Shown: piece after piece, positions 18,946 through 29,642 of the stretch | How positions within the stretch are numbered: the stretch's first letter is position 1 | Layout: each line of letters starts with the position of its first letter | Origin: a virus | Direction: 5' to 3' (one strand) | Virus record (IMG/VR): IMGVR_UViG_3300005549_000002 | Location: 8,613-72,612 of that record | DNA length: 64,000 nt | Notes under the pieces: model-generated | The model's database searches: none | The model's input: only the letters and a program-made list of their open reading frames with translations | What the model was told of the DNA's origin: nothing | Translations under genes and position numbers: made by a program

Positions 18946-21900
18946 ATGAGTGGGATCCTAGCCAATAGCTCGACCGCCACGATGGTCGATGCCGACACGA
19001 CGCCCGACAATGCGCGGAGCGGCTACGTCACCGCCGACCAGATCACGCTCGGCGTCACGGGCACGCCGGTATCGACCGTGTGGTCGATGGCGAAGCCCTC
19101 GGCGGAGACCGCGGCTTGCGAGCTGTCGTCGTCGACGGACCCGAACCCGACCTTCACGGCGACGGTCGACGGCTACTTCACCGTCGTTTGCGTCGTCGAC
19201 GGGACGACGACCTACGTCCTTCGCATGGCGGTCGCGCGCGTCGGCGTGGTGAGCACGCTCACGGCGGTGCGCATGCTGCCGATCTTGAATGCGAGCGTGC
19301 CGACGCCGGCGACGGGCCGGACGCTCTTCTCGTCGTCCGATCTCAACGATCTCGCCCAGAAGCTTCCCGACGGGATCACCTATGCGCTCGCGGGCGGCGC
19401 GGGCGGCGGCGGGGGCGGCAGCGGCAGCGGCGCTTACGCCACGATCGCAGCGCTCAAGGCGATCAGCTCGACGCTCCTCGCGACCCTGGACGACGGCGTC
19501 TCGCTTGCGTACGTGACCCCGCTCCGCGCCTGGTTTGTTTGGCAGGCCGCGAGCACGGTCGCCGACGACACGACCGATTTCCTCAGCGTTGCGGTCACGG
19601 TGAACGGCGCCGCGGCGGGGCGCTGGCGCCGGCTCGACTGGGCGCACCCGGCGTGGCGCGAGCAAGCCGCCTGGTTCGTGGATACGGCGGGCTCGAACGC
19701 GAACGACGGGGCAACCGCGCTCACGCCCGTGAAGACGGACGCGGAGATCCAGCGGCGCTGGGGCGCGGGGGTGCGGGCGCGGCTCACGGTGCCGGTCACG
19801 ATCACCTACGCGCAGGCTCCCGTCGGGCAGACCAACTACCTTTTCGAGCTCGGCTCGGGCGCTGCGCTCAGCATCGTCGGGACGCCGACCATCACCAAGC
19901 CCGGCACGATCCTGACGGCAGTGCAGGCGCAGGTGCGGACCGCGGGGGCCGAGCTTGCGTGGGCCATCACGGCGACTGGGCTCGACGCGACGGATGTCGG
20001 CAAGCTCGCCTTCATTACGGCGAGCGGCACCGGCGCCAATGTTGGCGCCTACGCGATGGTGCTGAAGGACGAGACGGGCGGCAAGCTCCGCGTGTCGCCT
20101 TTCGGGACCGTTGACGCGACGACCGCGGCGTTCACCCAGCGCACGCCGCAGGTGGGCGACACGATCGAGATCCGCACGCCGACGACGCTCAGCGTGGGGT
20201 CGATCGATTGCCATGGTGCAGCCGCCGGCGTAACGTCGGCCGGCCTTAACCGGGTGCTGTTCGATTCGGTTACCCTTGATTCTGCCAGCACGGCCGACGG
20301 CGGGATCTATGGTCGCAAGGCGAGCGTCTATTACGCCCGGTCGATACTCAACGGGATCACCTGGATGGGTGAGGGCACCGGGGGGAAACCGCCGCACCTG
20401 ATGCGCGGTGGTGGGATCGGGACGGCGCAGCTGTACGTGCGCAGTGGCGGCGCCAACAGCATTACTTGTCCAGGCTGCCTTGGCACGGTGTCCGTGGGCG
20501 CGAACGGGCACGCCACGATCACGGCCGACACCTATTTCCAGAACAGCGGACTCACGGTTGCGCGGGGAGCCTTCGTCAACTCCCAGGGACTGGCGTTCTT
20601 CGACAGGAGCACGTCGGACGCCTCGTTGGCAGTGACCCCCGGCGGCTTTTGCCAGCAGAGCGGGGCTGTGCCCGATTGGGGCGCGGCGAACGCCGGCCAC
20701 GGGTTGAATGTCCAGTCGGGCTCCAGCTACGTGTACGTGACGAAGCCGACCATCAACAGTGGTCTCGGCGCCGGGCGCGAAGCGAAGGTCGGCGGTACCG
20801 ACAAGCTCTACTCAGCAGTTCCGTACATCGAGCCCGCGAACAACGCCGTCTTGGTCCTCAACGACGGCACCGACGGGCCCGCGGCGTATTACCAGACCTA
20901 CGCGACCATCGCGCTCTTGAAGGCGATCACGGCGACGCGGCTCGGTAACCTCCAGGACGGGCAGCGCGTCTACGTCGCGACGCTCCGCGCGTGGTTTGCC
21001 TGGCACGCGGCGAGCGCCGTTGCGGACGACACCGTCGCTTTCCTTTCCGTTGCTGTCACCGCGAACGGGGCAAGCGCGGGCCGGTTCGTGCGGCTCGGCT
21101 GGGCGCACCCGTCGTGGCGGGCGCAGACGGCGTGGTTTGTCAGCACCGCGGGGAGCAACGAGAACGACGGGGCGACGGTGGGCGCCCCCGTGCTGAGCGA
21201 CGAGGAGATCGCGCGGCGGTGGGGCGCGGGCATGGTGCTGACGGTGCCGGTCACCGTCACCTATGCCCAGAGCCCGACGACGACGACGAACCTCGACGTC
21301 GGCTACGCGGACGGCGGCTCGCTCTCGCTCGTCGGGACGCCGACGGTGACGAAGGCGGGTACGGTCATCTCGGCAGTGCAGGCGCAGGTGCGCACGGCCG
21401 GATCGGAACTCGGCTGGGCCATCACGGGGACTGGTCTCGGTGCAACCGAGGTCGGCAAGATCGCGGTCATCACGGCGGGCACCGCGAACAACATCGGGGC
21501 GTACGCCGGCATCCTGAAGGACGAAACCGGCGGCAAGGTCCGCATTTCGCCGTTTGGTAAAGCAACCGCCGACGGTCTCTTTTCTCAAGTGACGCCGGTC
21601 GCGGGCGACACCGTCGAGATCCGCGAGAATACGACCGTTCTGAAGGTCGCTTTCATCAACGTGCAGGGGCTCTCGCAGCTCGCGGCCGTCGCGAGTCCCG
21701 TGCAGAATGTCGTTGTCTTCGACTCCCTTCTCCTCGACGGGAGCGTCGGCGGTAGCCTCAATGGCGGAATCGTTCGCAACGAAGGAGCTCAGATCTCCTA
21801 CGTGAGGTGCACGCTGCAAGACCTCATTCTTGCTAGCGCGCCGTCCACATTCTCCAAGCTGCAGTCGGTTTGCGGTGGGCTGATCACCGCCGGCGCCGGG

Positions 21901-24900
21901 GGAGTCGACCTTCGCGGCAATATCATCATGCGTCAGGTCGGTGTGCTCAACACCATCATCTCTGAATCGGCACCTACTGGAAATGCGAGCTTTCAGGCCG
22001 ACAATTACTTCCAGAATTCACAGCTCAGCATGAACGCCGGCTGTCCGGCGGTTACCCAGGGCATCGCTTTCTTCGATCGATCCTCGAGCGACGCCACCTT
22101 CACCTTGGGAGCCTCGTCGAACGGCGGAAGCGCCTACGTGCGCCAGACGGGCGCCGTTGCCGACTGGGGCACCGCTAACGCCGGGCACGGTCTCGTCGTG
22201 CGAAGCGCGAGCTCGTACGTCTACGCGACGAAGCCGACGATCAACTCGGGGCTCGGCGCGGGTCGCGAAGCACTTATCGGCGGCACCGACAAGCTGCTGA
22301 GCGCCGTCCCGTACATCGAGCCGGGCTGCAACGCCATGGTGACGTCGGCCGATAACATCGACGGCCCGGCCGTCTTCTATTCGGCTTACGCCACCATCGC
22401 GCTCTTGAAGGCGATCTCGGCCAACCGCCTCGCCGGCCTTGTCAACGGGCAGCGGGTGTTTGTGACCACGCTCCGCTCGTGGTTCGCGTGGGACGCGACC
22501 AGTGCGGTGGCAGACGACACGACGGATTTCCTGTCGGTGGCCGTGACCGCGAACGGCGCCGCGGCGGGGCGTTTCGTCCGGGTCCTTTCCGACACGCATC
22601 CGTCATGGGTCGCGCAGACCGCCTGGTTTGTCAGCACGGCGGGCAACAACGAGAACGACGGGCTGACCTTGGGCACGGCCGTCAAAACCGACGCGGAGAT
22701 CCAGCGGCGGTGGGCTGGCCCTGGCAAGCGCGGGCGCATCGCCGTCACGGTCACGATCACCTACGCGCAATCGCCGGCCGGCGAGACCAACCTAATATTT
22801 GAAATCATCACGGGCGGGCAGCTGCGGCTTGTCGGCACGCCGACCGTCACCAAGGCCGGCACCGTTCTGACGGCGGTGCAGACACAGGTCCGAACGGCGG
22901 GCGCCGAGCTCGGATGGGCGATCACGGGCACCGGGCTCGGTGCGACCGAAGTCGGCAAGCTCGTCGCTATCACGGCGAGCGGCACCGGCGCGAATGTCGG
23001 CGCAACGGCGATGATTCTTAAGGACGAGACGGGCGGCAAGCTCCGGATCTCTCCGTTCGGCACGCTGGCCGAGGCGACGACCGTGTACACCAACATCACC
23101 CCGCAGGTAGGTGACACGATCGAAATCCGCGACGTGGCGGCAACGACGCTTACCCTTGGGAAGATCGAAGCTTACTCGGCAGCGAGCGTCCAGATCCCGG
23201 CGGCCTTTGTCTGCGACTCGCTGATGCTCGACGGGGGTGCGAGCGCCGTTGGCAGCGTCTACGCCGCCGGTCCTCTTGTCATCTATACCCGTTGCATTCT
23301 CAGCAAAATGATTTTGAACGGGCACAGCGCCCCTTCGACAACGCCGCATTCGGTGCGCGGCGGCGGCATCATTGGGGCAGTGTTCAGCATCCGGAATTTG
23401 GCTGCGTTAACGTCAGTCGGAATTCTAGCGCCGCTTACGATCCGCCAGGGCGGCAACGTGTTTTTACAGCAAGACTGCTACTTCCAAAACGCTGGTGTGA
23501 CCGTGGCCCTTGGCGGTATGGCGCAAGGGACCGGCAACGCTTTCTTCGACCGCTCGACCGCAAGTTCCAGCCTCTTCGTCCAAGAGGGCGGGCGGTACGT
23601 GGCGACGGGTGCGGTGCCCGACTGGGGCACGGCCAACGCTGGCTACGGCGTCGTCGTGCAAAGCAACGCCAGCTACGGGTACGCGACGAAGCCGACGATC
23701 AACAGCGGCCTCGGCGTCGGCCGCGAGGCGATTATCGGGGGCACCGACAAGCTCTACAGCGCGGTTCCTTACGTCGAGCCGGCGAACAACGCCGCGTTGG
23801 TGCTCACCAACGGCACCGACGGCCCCGCGGTCTTCTATTCGGCCTATGCGAACGTCGCCGCGCTCAAGGCGATCTCGTCGAACCGCCTGGCGGGTCTGCA
23901 GGACGGCCAGCGCGTCTACGTCGCGACCCTCAAGTCCTGGTTCGCTTGGCACGCTGCGAGTGCCGTCGCCGATGACACGACGGATTTCCTCTCTGTCGCG
24001 GTGACGGCCAACGGCGCGAGCGCCGGGCGCTTCGTTCGGCTCGCCGACGCGCATCCCGCCTGGCTCGCCCAGACGGCGTGGTTCGTCAGTACCGCGGGCT
24101 CGAACGAGAACGATGGCGCGACGGTGGGCGCTCCGGTCCTGACGGACGCCGAGATCCAGCGGCGGTGGGGTGCGGGCGCGCGGCTTTCCGTTCCGGTGAC
24201 GGTCACGTATGCACAATCGCCAACCGGTATCACCAATTACAATGTCGAGATTGTCACCAATGCCTCGCTCACCTTGGTCGGCACGGCGACGGTGACGAAG
24301 GCGGGCACCGTCATCTCGGCGGTGCAGGCGCAGGTGCGCACGGCGGGCTCTGAGCTCGGGTGGGCGATCACGGCCACGGGGCTCGACGCGACCGATGTCG
24401 GGAAGATCGCCGTCATCACGGCTGGCACAGCCGGAAACATCGGCGCATATGCGGCTGTCCTGAAGGACGAGACGGGCGGCAAGGTGCGCGTTTCCCCGTT
24501 CGGTAAGTTCACCGCGAACACATCGCCGTTCACGCAAGTGACGCCGGTCGCGGGCGACACCATCGATATTCGTGACCCTACGACGCTAAAGGTGGGGACG
24601 ATCGAAGTCAGGTCGTTGACGAACGACAACTTGACGGGAACCGTCGTCAACAACTATCTGATGTTTGATTCGATCCGCGAAAGCGGCGATGCCAACGATG
24701 GCAATGGCGGCGTTTGCGCGAACCGCGTCACCGTCTTTCATTGCGTGCGTGGCGCCATCGATGCCATTTCGCTCAGCGGCAGCACCGGCAGCCTCTCGTC
24801 GCACAAGTTATGTGGTGGACTCGTGCACAACGCGAGTCCTTCATTCGGCGTCGTGTTCCGCGGTGGCACCGTCGGCACCGTGCACCAGAGTGGTTGCCTT

Positions 24901-25287
24901 ACGTCGATTACAGCATCGGCTGGATCGCTATGCATCTTGCAGGCTGATACTTATTTCCAAAACTGTGGTCTCACGATCAGCAGAGGAGGCGTCGCCAACA
25001 CACAGGGCGTCGCGTTTTTCGATCGTAGCAGTTCGAACAGTTCCCTTTTGGTTTCCGCGTTGGGCATGTGTCAGCAAACCGGCGCAGTGCCCGATTGGGG
25101 GGCCGCGAATGCCGGCCATGGTTTGACGATTCAATCCGCAGGCTCCTGCGTTTATACGACCAAGCCCACGGTCAACTCGGGGCTCGGCGCCGGGCGCGAG
25201 GCGCAGGTCGGCGGGACCGACAAACTCTACTCGGTTGTCCCCTACGTCGAAGCCACCAACAACGCAGCGCTCGTCCTACTCGCGTAA
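18946..25287 (+). CDS. Giant tail fibre/adhesin with four ~490-aa tandem modules
   Basis: 2113 aa; modules start YA(T/N)(I/V)A.LKAI near 19435, 20899, 22387, 23845. Confidence 0.75.
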   Translation: MSGILANSSTATMVDADTTPDNARSGYVTADQITLGVTGTPVSTVWSMAKPSAETAACELSSSTDPNPTFTATVDGYFTVVCVVDGTTTYVLRMAVARVGVVSTLTAVRMLPILNASVPTPATGRTLFSSSDLNDLAQKLPDGITYALAGGAGGGGGGSGSGAYATIAALKAISSTLLATLDDGVSLAYVTPLRAWFVWQAASTVADDTTDFLSVAVTVNGAAAGRWRRLDWAHPAWREQAAWFVDTAGSNANDGATALTPVKTDAEIQRRWGAGVRARLTVPVTITYAQAPVGQTNYLFELGSGAALSIVGTPTITKPGTILTAVQAQVRTAGAELAWAITATGLDATDVGKLAFITASGTGANVGAYAMVLKDETGGKLRVSPFGTVDATTAAFTQRTPQVGDTIEIRTPTTLSVGSIDCHGAAAGVTSAGLNRVLFDSVTLDSASTADGGIYGRKASVYYARSILNGITWMGEGTGGKPPHLMRGGGIGTAQLYVRSGGANSITCPGCLGTVSVGANGHATITADTYFQNSGLTVARGAFVNSQGLAFFDRSTSDASLAVTPGGFCQQSGAVPDWGAANAGHGLNVQSGSSYVYVTKPTINSGLGAGREAKVGGTDKLYSAVPYIEPANNAVLVLNDGTDGPAAYYQTYATIALLKAITATRLGNLQDGQRVYVATLRAWFAWHAASAVADDTVAFLSVAVTANGASAGRFVRLGWAHPSWRAQTAWFVSTAGSNENDGATVGAPVLSDEEIARRWGAGMVLTVPVTVTYAQSPTTTTNLDVGYADGGSLSLVGTPTVTKAGTVISAVQAQVRTAGSELGWAITGTGLGATEVGKIAVITAGTANNIGAYAGILKDETGGKVRISPFGKATADGLFSQVTPVAGDTVEIRENTTVLKVAFINVQGLSQLAAVASPVQNVVVFDSLLLDGSVGGSLNGGIVRNEGAQISYVRCTLQDLILASAPSTFSKLQSVCGGLITAGAGGVDLRGNIIMRQVGVLNTIISESAPTGNASFQADNYFQNSQLSMNAGCPAVTQGIAFFDRSSSDATFTLGASSNGGSAYVRQTGAVADWGTANAGHGLVVRSASSYVYATKPTINSGLGAGREALIGGTDKLLSAVPYIEPGCNAMVTSADNIDGPAVFYSAYATIALLKAISANRLAGLVNGQRVFVTTLRSWFAWDATSAVADDTTDFLSVAVTANGAAAGRFVRVLSDTHPSWVAQTAWFVSTAGNNENDGLTLGTAVKTDAEIQRRWAGPGKRGRIAVTVTITYAQSPAGETNLIFEIITGGQLRLVGTPTVTKAGTVLTAVQTQVRTAGAELGWAITGTGLGATEVGKLVAITASGTGANVGATAMILKDETGGKLRISPFGTLAEATTVYTNITPQVGDTIEIRDVAATTLTLGKIEAYSAASVQIPAAFVCDSLMLDGGASAVGSVYAAGPLVIYTRCILSKMILNGHSAPSTTPHSVRGGGIIGAVFSIRNLAALTSVGILAPLTIRQGGNVFLQQDCYFQNAGVTVALGGMAQGTGNAFFDRSTASSSLFVQEGGRYVATGAVPDWGTANAGYGVVVQSNASYGYATKPTINSGLGVGREAIIGGTDKLYSAVPYVEPANNAALVLTNGTDGPAVFYSAYANVAALKAISSNRLAGLQDGQRVYVATLKSWFAWHAASAVADDTTDFLSVAVTANGASAGRFVRLADAHPAWLAQTAWFVSTAGSNENDGATVGAPVLTDAEIQRRWGAGARLSVPVTVTYAQSPTGITNYNVEIVTNASLTLVGTATVTKAGTVISAVQAQVRTAGSELGWAITATGLDATDVGKIAVITAGTAGNIGAYAAVLKDETGGKVRVSPFGKFTANTSPFTQVTPVAGDTIDIRDPTTLKVGTIEVRSLTNDNLTGTVVNNYLMFDSIRESGDANDGNGGVCANRVTVFHCVRGAIDAISLSGSTGSLSSHKLCGGLVHNASPSFGVVFRGGTVGTVHQSGCLTSITASAGSLCILQADTYFQNCGLTISRGGVANTQGVAFFDRSSSNSSLLVSALGMCQQTGAVPDWGAANAGHGLTIQSAGSCVYTTKPTVNSGLGAGREAQVGGTDKLYSVVPYVEATNNAALVLLA

Positions 25288-25304
25288 AGGAAAGGGAAAA
25301 GCAA

Positions 25305-25475
25305 ATGGAGACTCTCAATGTCGACGACCGCGTGGTCGTCAAAGCCAACACGGCATTTCACGGCGTCGTCACCCGCGCGGATGAAGGGGGCGGCGGGGGC
25401 TACGTCCACATGGACAGCGACGAGGAGCCGACGACGGAGACGTACTTTTCGGCCGGCGAGCTCGATCCGGAGTAG
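25305..25475 (+). CDS. Small SH3-like hypothetical protein
   Basis: METLNVDDRVVVK after purine-rich RBS. Confidence 0.45.
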   Translation: METLNVDDRVVVKANTAFHGVVTRADEGGGGGYVHMDSDEEPTTETYFSAGELDPE

Positions 25476-25487
25476 CCAGGCCCGCTG

Positions 25488-28400
25488 ATGCCCATCTCCG
25501 CGCACTTCACCGTTGACGGGGTCGCGAACCCCGGCGAGCACATCGTCGCCTACGGGGCGACGGTCACGCTCGCGCTCACGTCGATCACCGCCGCCGACGT
25601 CATTTCTTGGCAGGTGCTCGTCGCGAGCGAGCCCGCGTACACGATCCCGACCATCACGCCCGGCGGTACGCCGCCCGGCTCGACGGCCTCGTTCACGTTC
25701 CCGGCCGATCCGGGCGACGACGTGGGGCGGTCGTTCCGCGTGCGCGCGGTCGTCTCCAATGGGCAGGAGACGGATTTCGAAGATGCGCTGATCGGCGCCG
25801 CGAACATCAACGGCATCGTTCCGCTCTGCCCCGGCGAGCAGTTCGAGCGCCATGCAACGCACGGGTGGGGGCCGGTCATCAATGCGCTGCTCGCCGGCGG
25901 CGCGGGCACGCCCGTGTCGCTTGGCGGCGACGTCGTCGGGACGACCGCCGCCAACACGGTCGTCAAGGTCAACGGCGCGTCGGTCACGACGGCAGGGGCC
26001 GCTGCCGTCGGCGACGTGCTGCAGCTCACGGCGCCCAATACGCTCGGCTACGCGAAGGTCGCCGCCGCCTCCCTTGCGGCCGGCGCGGCAATCCTCGGGC
26101 AAGCGCTCATCTTCAACGGCACCGCGTGGGCGGCGGGCAACGACTTCGCCGCCCGTAACCTCGCCACCACGGGCACGCTCGCCGCGGGCGCGACGACGGT
26201 CACGGGATCTCTGACGGCGGGGGTGAATACGGCCAAGGCCGTGCTGAATAGCTACAGCGCGACGCCGACGACGCACGGCGCCCTCTGGCTCGGCGCGATT
26301 GTCGCGAGCTCGACGAACCAGGCGCTCGCCGGCGACGGCACGAGCACGTCGATCAACGGCATCACGCGCGTGCAGGTCGCCGCCTCGAGCGTGGTCAAGG
26401 CGGTCTTCACCGCGTCGGGGCTGCGCATCGGCGACGCGACGGACCCCACGACGACGCTCGACGTCCTCGGTCGCGCGACGATTGGCGTCAGCACCGCCAA
26501 GGTCATTCTCGACAGCCACCCAGACGCCCCCACGAGCAACGCGTCGGTCTGGCTGGCGCAGGCTTCCCCGAGCGGCACCAATTACGTGCTCAACGGGAAT
26601 GCGTCGACGACGATCCTGAACGCCCCGACGCAGGTGAGGTTCGCCGTCGCAGCCGCGGCGGTCGGGAACTTCACCGCGACCGGGCTCCGCGTAGGCGATG
26701 CGACGACGGCGACCGCGACCCTCGACGTCGTCGGCAGCGCGAAGGTAGGGGCCAGCTACCAAGCCACCATCGCCAGTTTGCCGGGGGCAACGACGACGCA
26801 CGCGGGGATGTTCTTTGCCACGCCTTCGGCGACGAACTACGCCTTTTTAGGCAACGCCGCCGACTCCTGGGTCAACGCTCCGACCGGCAAGCTCTACCTT
26901 CAAATCGGGGCGGCCGCCACGGCGAATTTGACTTCGACGGGCCTGCGGATAGGCGACAACACAACCGCGACCGAGAAGCTCGACGTCGTCGGGCGAGCGG
27001 TCATCGGCGTCGGCGCGGGCAAGGCGACGCTCGATAGCTTGGCGGGGTCCACCGCCACGCACGGCGCATTGTGGCTGGGTGTCGCCGCGGCAAGCGGAAC
27101 CAATTACACCATCTTTGGAAACGGGAGCACCGACCTTCGCTTGAACGCCCCCGCCTCGGGGATGGGTTTCGATTTCACGGCGGGCAATAGCCAGCTGCTC
27201 GCGCGCCTCACGGCGACGGGCTTGCGGGTCGGCGACATCACGAGCGCGACGGAAAAGCTCGACGTGGTCGGCCGCGCGAAGATCGGCGTCGGTGCCGGCA
27301 AGTGCGTTATCGATAGCGACATTTCCTTTCCGGCGTCCGACGCCGTCATTTGGCTCGGCCCCATCACACCATCGGCGACCAACGGCGCGCTTCGCGGCGA
27401 CGGCACGACCTATACGATGCTCAACGGGGCATCGAACCTCCGCTTTCGCACGGCGAACACCGGCCGCGGGTACTGGGACGCAACCGGCCTCAAGATTGGC
27501 GCGGAGTCGGCAGCGACCGAGTGCCTCGAGGTCGTCGGTCGCGCGAAGATCGGCGTCGATACGGCCAAGGTCTTCATCGATTCGCTTATCGGCGCGCCCG
27601 CAAGTTGGGGCGGAATCTGGATGGGGCTCACCCCCTCAGGTTCTAACTACATGCTTGCTTCGAACGGATCGGAGACGCGATTAAACGCGCCTTCGACGCT
27701 GGTGCGCATAGGGGTAGGGCTCAACTTCAAGGTCATCTGTAATTCTGTCGGCACACAGGTTGCGCTTAACGGATCCGGTGCGGTAACCGATCAGCTCGAA
27801 GTGGTCGGCACGGCGTCCGCGTCGGTGGACGTCATCGCCAACAGCTTGGCTAACGGTAAGGCGCGCTTGGCGGGGCTCGTCGGCAGCACCACGACGCACG
27901 GCGCGCTGTACCTCGGCAACATCACGCCATCGGCGACGAACGCGACGCTCTTCGGCAACGGCACGACCGACACGCGCCTGTCGGTGCCGGGCGCCGGGGC
28001 GATCGACATCTACCGCAACAACGCCGGCATCGCTCGCTTCACGGATACGGGCCTCAAGATCGGCGCGGCGAGCAACGCGGCGGCCGCGCTCGACGTCGGC
28101 ACGAGCGGGCAGGTGCTCGCCGGGTTCGTCACGTGCGGGGCCACGCCCGCCGCGAGCGGCGCGCTGCGCCTCACCAACAACACCGGGCTTTACGCCCGCA
28201 ACCAGGCGAACAGCGCCGACGTACGCATCGTCGATCTCGACACGAACAACAAGACCAACGTCGGCTCCGCGACGACCAAGCAGAGTTTCAGCGGCGCCCA
28301 CGAGGTCGTTGTCCGCAACGTCACCGCCAGCTTCACGGTCGACACGACGACGATGGATCAAACCATCTGCGTCGGGACGGGGCTCGGCAACGTCACCGTC

Positions 28401-28628
28401 ACACTGCCCACGCCGACGGTGGGCCGGCGCATCACGATCAAGCGTACGTCCGGCACCAATGATGTGATCGTCGATCCCGGCGCGAACCTGATCGACGGCT
28501 CGGCCTTCAACAGAAACCTCGTGACGGACCCGATCGATGGGGAAATCGAGCCCTACCTCGCGCTCGAGGCGGCGACGGTATCGTACTGGGCGATCGTCGC
28601 GCACTGGTCGGTGCTGATGGGCGAATAG
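25488..28628 (+). CDS. Tail fibre protein with ~85-aa internal repeats
   Basis: Recurrent T(A/S)TGL(R/K)(I/V)G..L(D/E)VVG..IG..LWLG units. Confidence 0.7.
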   Translation: MPISAHFTVDGVANPGEHIVAYGATVTLALTSITAADVISWQVLVASEPAYTIPTITPGGTPPGSTASFTFPADPGDDVGRSFRVRAVVSNGQETDFEDALIGAANINGIVPLCPGEQFERHATHGWGPVINALLAGGAGTPVSLGGDVVGTTAANTVVKVNGASVTTAGAAAVGDVLQLTAPNTLGYAKVAAASLAAGAAILGQALIFNGTAWAAGNDFAARNLATTGTLAAGATTVTGSLTAGVNTAKAVLNSYSATPTTHGALWLGAIVASSTNQALAGDGTSTSINGITRVQVAASSVVKAVFTASGLRIGDATDPTTTLDVLGRATIGVSTAKVILDSHPDAPTSNASVWLAQASPSGTNYVLNGNASTTILNAPTQVRFAVAAAAVGNFTATGLRVGDATTATATLDVVGSAKVGASYQATIASLPGATTTHAGMFFATPSATNYAFLGNAADSWVNAPTGKLYLQIGAAATANLTSTGLRIGDNTTATEKLDVVGRAVIGVGAGKATLDSLAGSTATHGALWLGVAAASGTNYTIFGNGSTDLRLNAPASGMGFDFTAGNSQLLARLTATGLRVGDITSATEKLDVVGRAKIGVGAGKCVIDSDISFPASDAVIWLGPITPSATNGALRGDGTTYTMLNGASNLRFRTANTGRGYWDATGLKIGAESAATECLEVVGRAKIGVDTAKVFIDSLIGAPASWGGIWMGLTPSGSNYMLASNGSETRLNAPSTLVRIGVGLNFKVICNSVGTQVALNGSGAVTDQLEVVGTASASVDVIANSLANGKARLAGLVGSTTTHGALYLGNITPSATNATLFGNGTTDTRLSVPGAGAIDIYRNNAGIARFTDTGLKIGAASNAAAALDVGTSGQVLAGFVTCGATPAASGALRLTNNTGLYARNQANSADVRIVDLDTNNKTNVGSATTKQSFSGAHEVVVRNVTASFTVDTTTMDQTICVGTGLGNVTVTLPTPTVGRRITIKRTSGTNDVIVDPGANLIDGSAFNRNLVTDPIDGEIEPYLALEAATVSYWAIVAHWSVLMGE

Positions 28629-28640
28629 GAAGGAATCCAA

Positions 28641-29123
28641 ATGGCGAACCTGCGTTACATTCTCATTCCCGCGAGCGTCTCGGTCAGCGTCAACCAGGCG
28701 CGGTGGAGTTTTCTCCACTGCTTCGTGCACGTGATCGATCGGCACCCGTCGTTCAACCAGACCGGCACCGGGGTGCGCGCAGCGGCGCGCGTCATGGCGC
28801 TCGTCACCGACAACCAGGGGAGGTTCCTGAAGAAGGAAGGCGACGTCATCACGCTCGACCAAGCCGACTGGCAAATGGTGCAGGCGGCGTTCGAGGAGCC
28901 CGCGGCCGGTTACATCCCGGGCCCCTTGACCGACGACGCCGGCGTCCCTATCAACGTTCCGGCGCGCTCGTTCGTTACGTACATCGAGGCGGTGAGCGAC
29001 GAGGCGACGAAGAACCACCCCGCGCCGACCGCGGTGCCGCTCGGCGGCATTGCCGAGAACGGCGTCGCCGTCCCGGTGCCCGCGCCCGCGCCGGCGCTGC
29101 CGGCGGCCGAGCCGCCGTCGTAG
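28641..29123 (+). CDS. Putative tail fibre chaperone
   Basis: AGGAAGGA RBS; follows fibre gene. Confidence 0.4.
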   Translation: MANLRYILIPASVSVSVNQARWSFLHCFVHVIDRHPSFNQTGTGVRAAARVMALVTDNQGRFLKKEGDVITLDQADWQMVQAAFEEPAAGYIPGPLTDDAGVPINVPARSFVTYIEAVSDEATKNHPAPTAVPLGGIAENGVAVPVPAPAPALPAAEPPS

Positions 29124-29126
29124 CGC

Positions 29127-29642
29127 GTGCCGAAGTACGACGACCGGATCGAGCGCGCGAGGCGCGCGCGCGAGGCCGACGAGCGGGCGCGCGAGAAAGA
29201 CCCGCGACGAGCGCACAAGGCGTTCCAGTCGACCGATCCGCCTCCGCCCGACTCGTCGTGGCCGCCGAAGCCCGTGCCCGGCGTCGGCTCGCCGAGCGTC
29301 CCGTACCGGCCGCGGCAGCCGACCTTCGGGCGCGGCATCGCGCACATCGCGCACGCCTCGGGGCAGCTGCCGAAACGCGTCGCCGTGCTGGTCGCTATCT
29401 GGGGCGTCGTCTCGACGACCGCCAGCGCCGGGGCCGTGTACCTGATGAGCCAATACATGGTCGGCCTCGATCGCTACGCGAAGGACGAGGCGGCGCGCAA
29501 GGAAGCCGACAGCACGCTCCGCCGCGAGATCGAGGGGCTGCGCGCGACCGTGAATGATCTGCGCGTGAAGATCGCAGGGGCGGAGACCGCCCTCAAGATG
29601 ATGCAGCAGGAACCCATTTTGCCGGAGAAAAAACGCCGATGA
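29127..29642 (+). CDS. Single-TM coiled-coil protein (lysis module)
   Basis: TM segment VAVLVAIWGVV followed by coiled coil. Confidence 0.45.
   Translation: MPKYDDRIERARRAREADERAREKDPRRAHKAFQSTDPPPPDSSWPPKPVPGVGSPSVPYRPRQPTFGRGIAHIAHASGQLPKRVAVLVAIWGVVSTTASAGAVYLMSQYMVGLDRYAKDEAARKEADSTLRREIEGLRATVNDLRVKIAGAETALKMMQQEPILPEKKRR

Noticed and set aside
18946-28628. Diversity-generating retroelement or invertible fibre cassette
   Set aside because: No reverse transcriptase, no adenine-specific TR/VR pair noticed, no invertase; repeats are in-frame and same-strand
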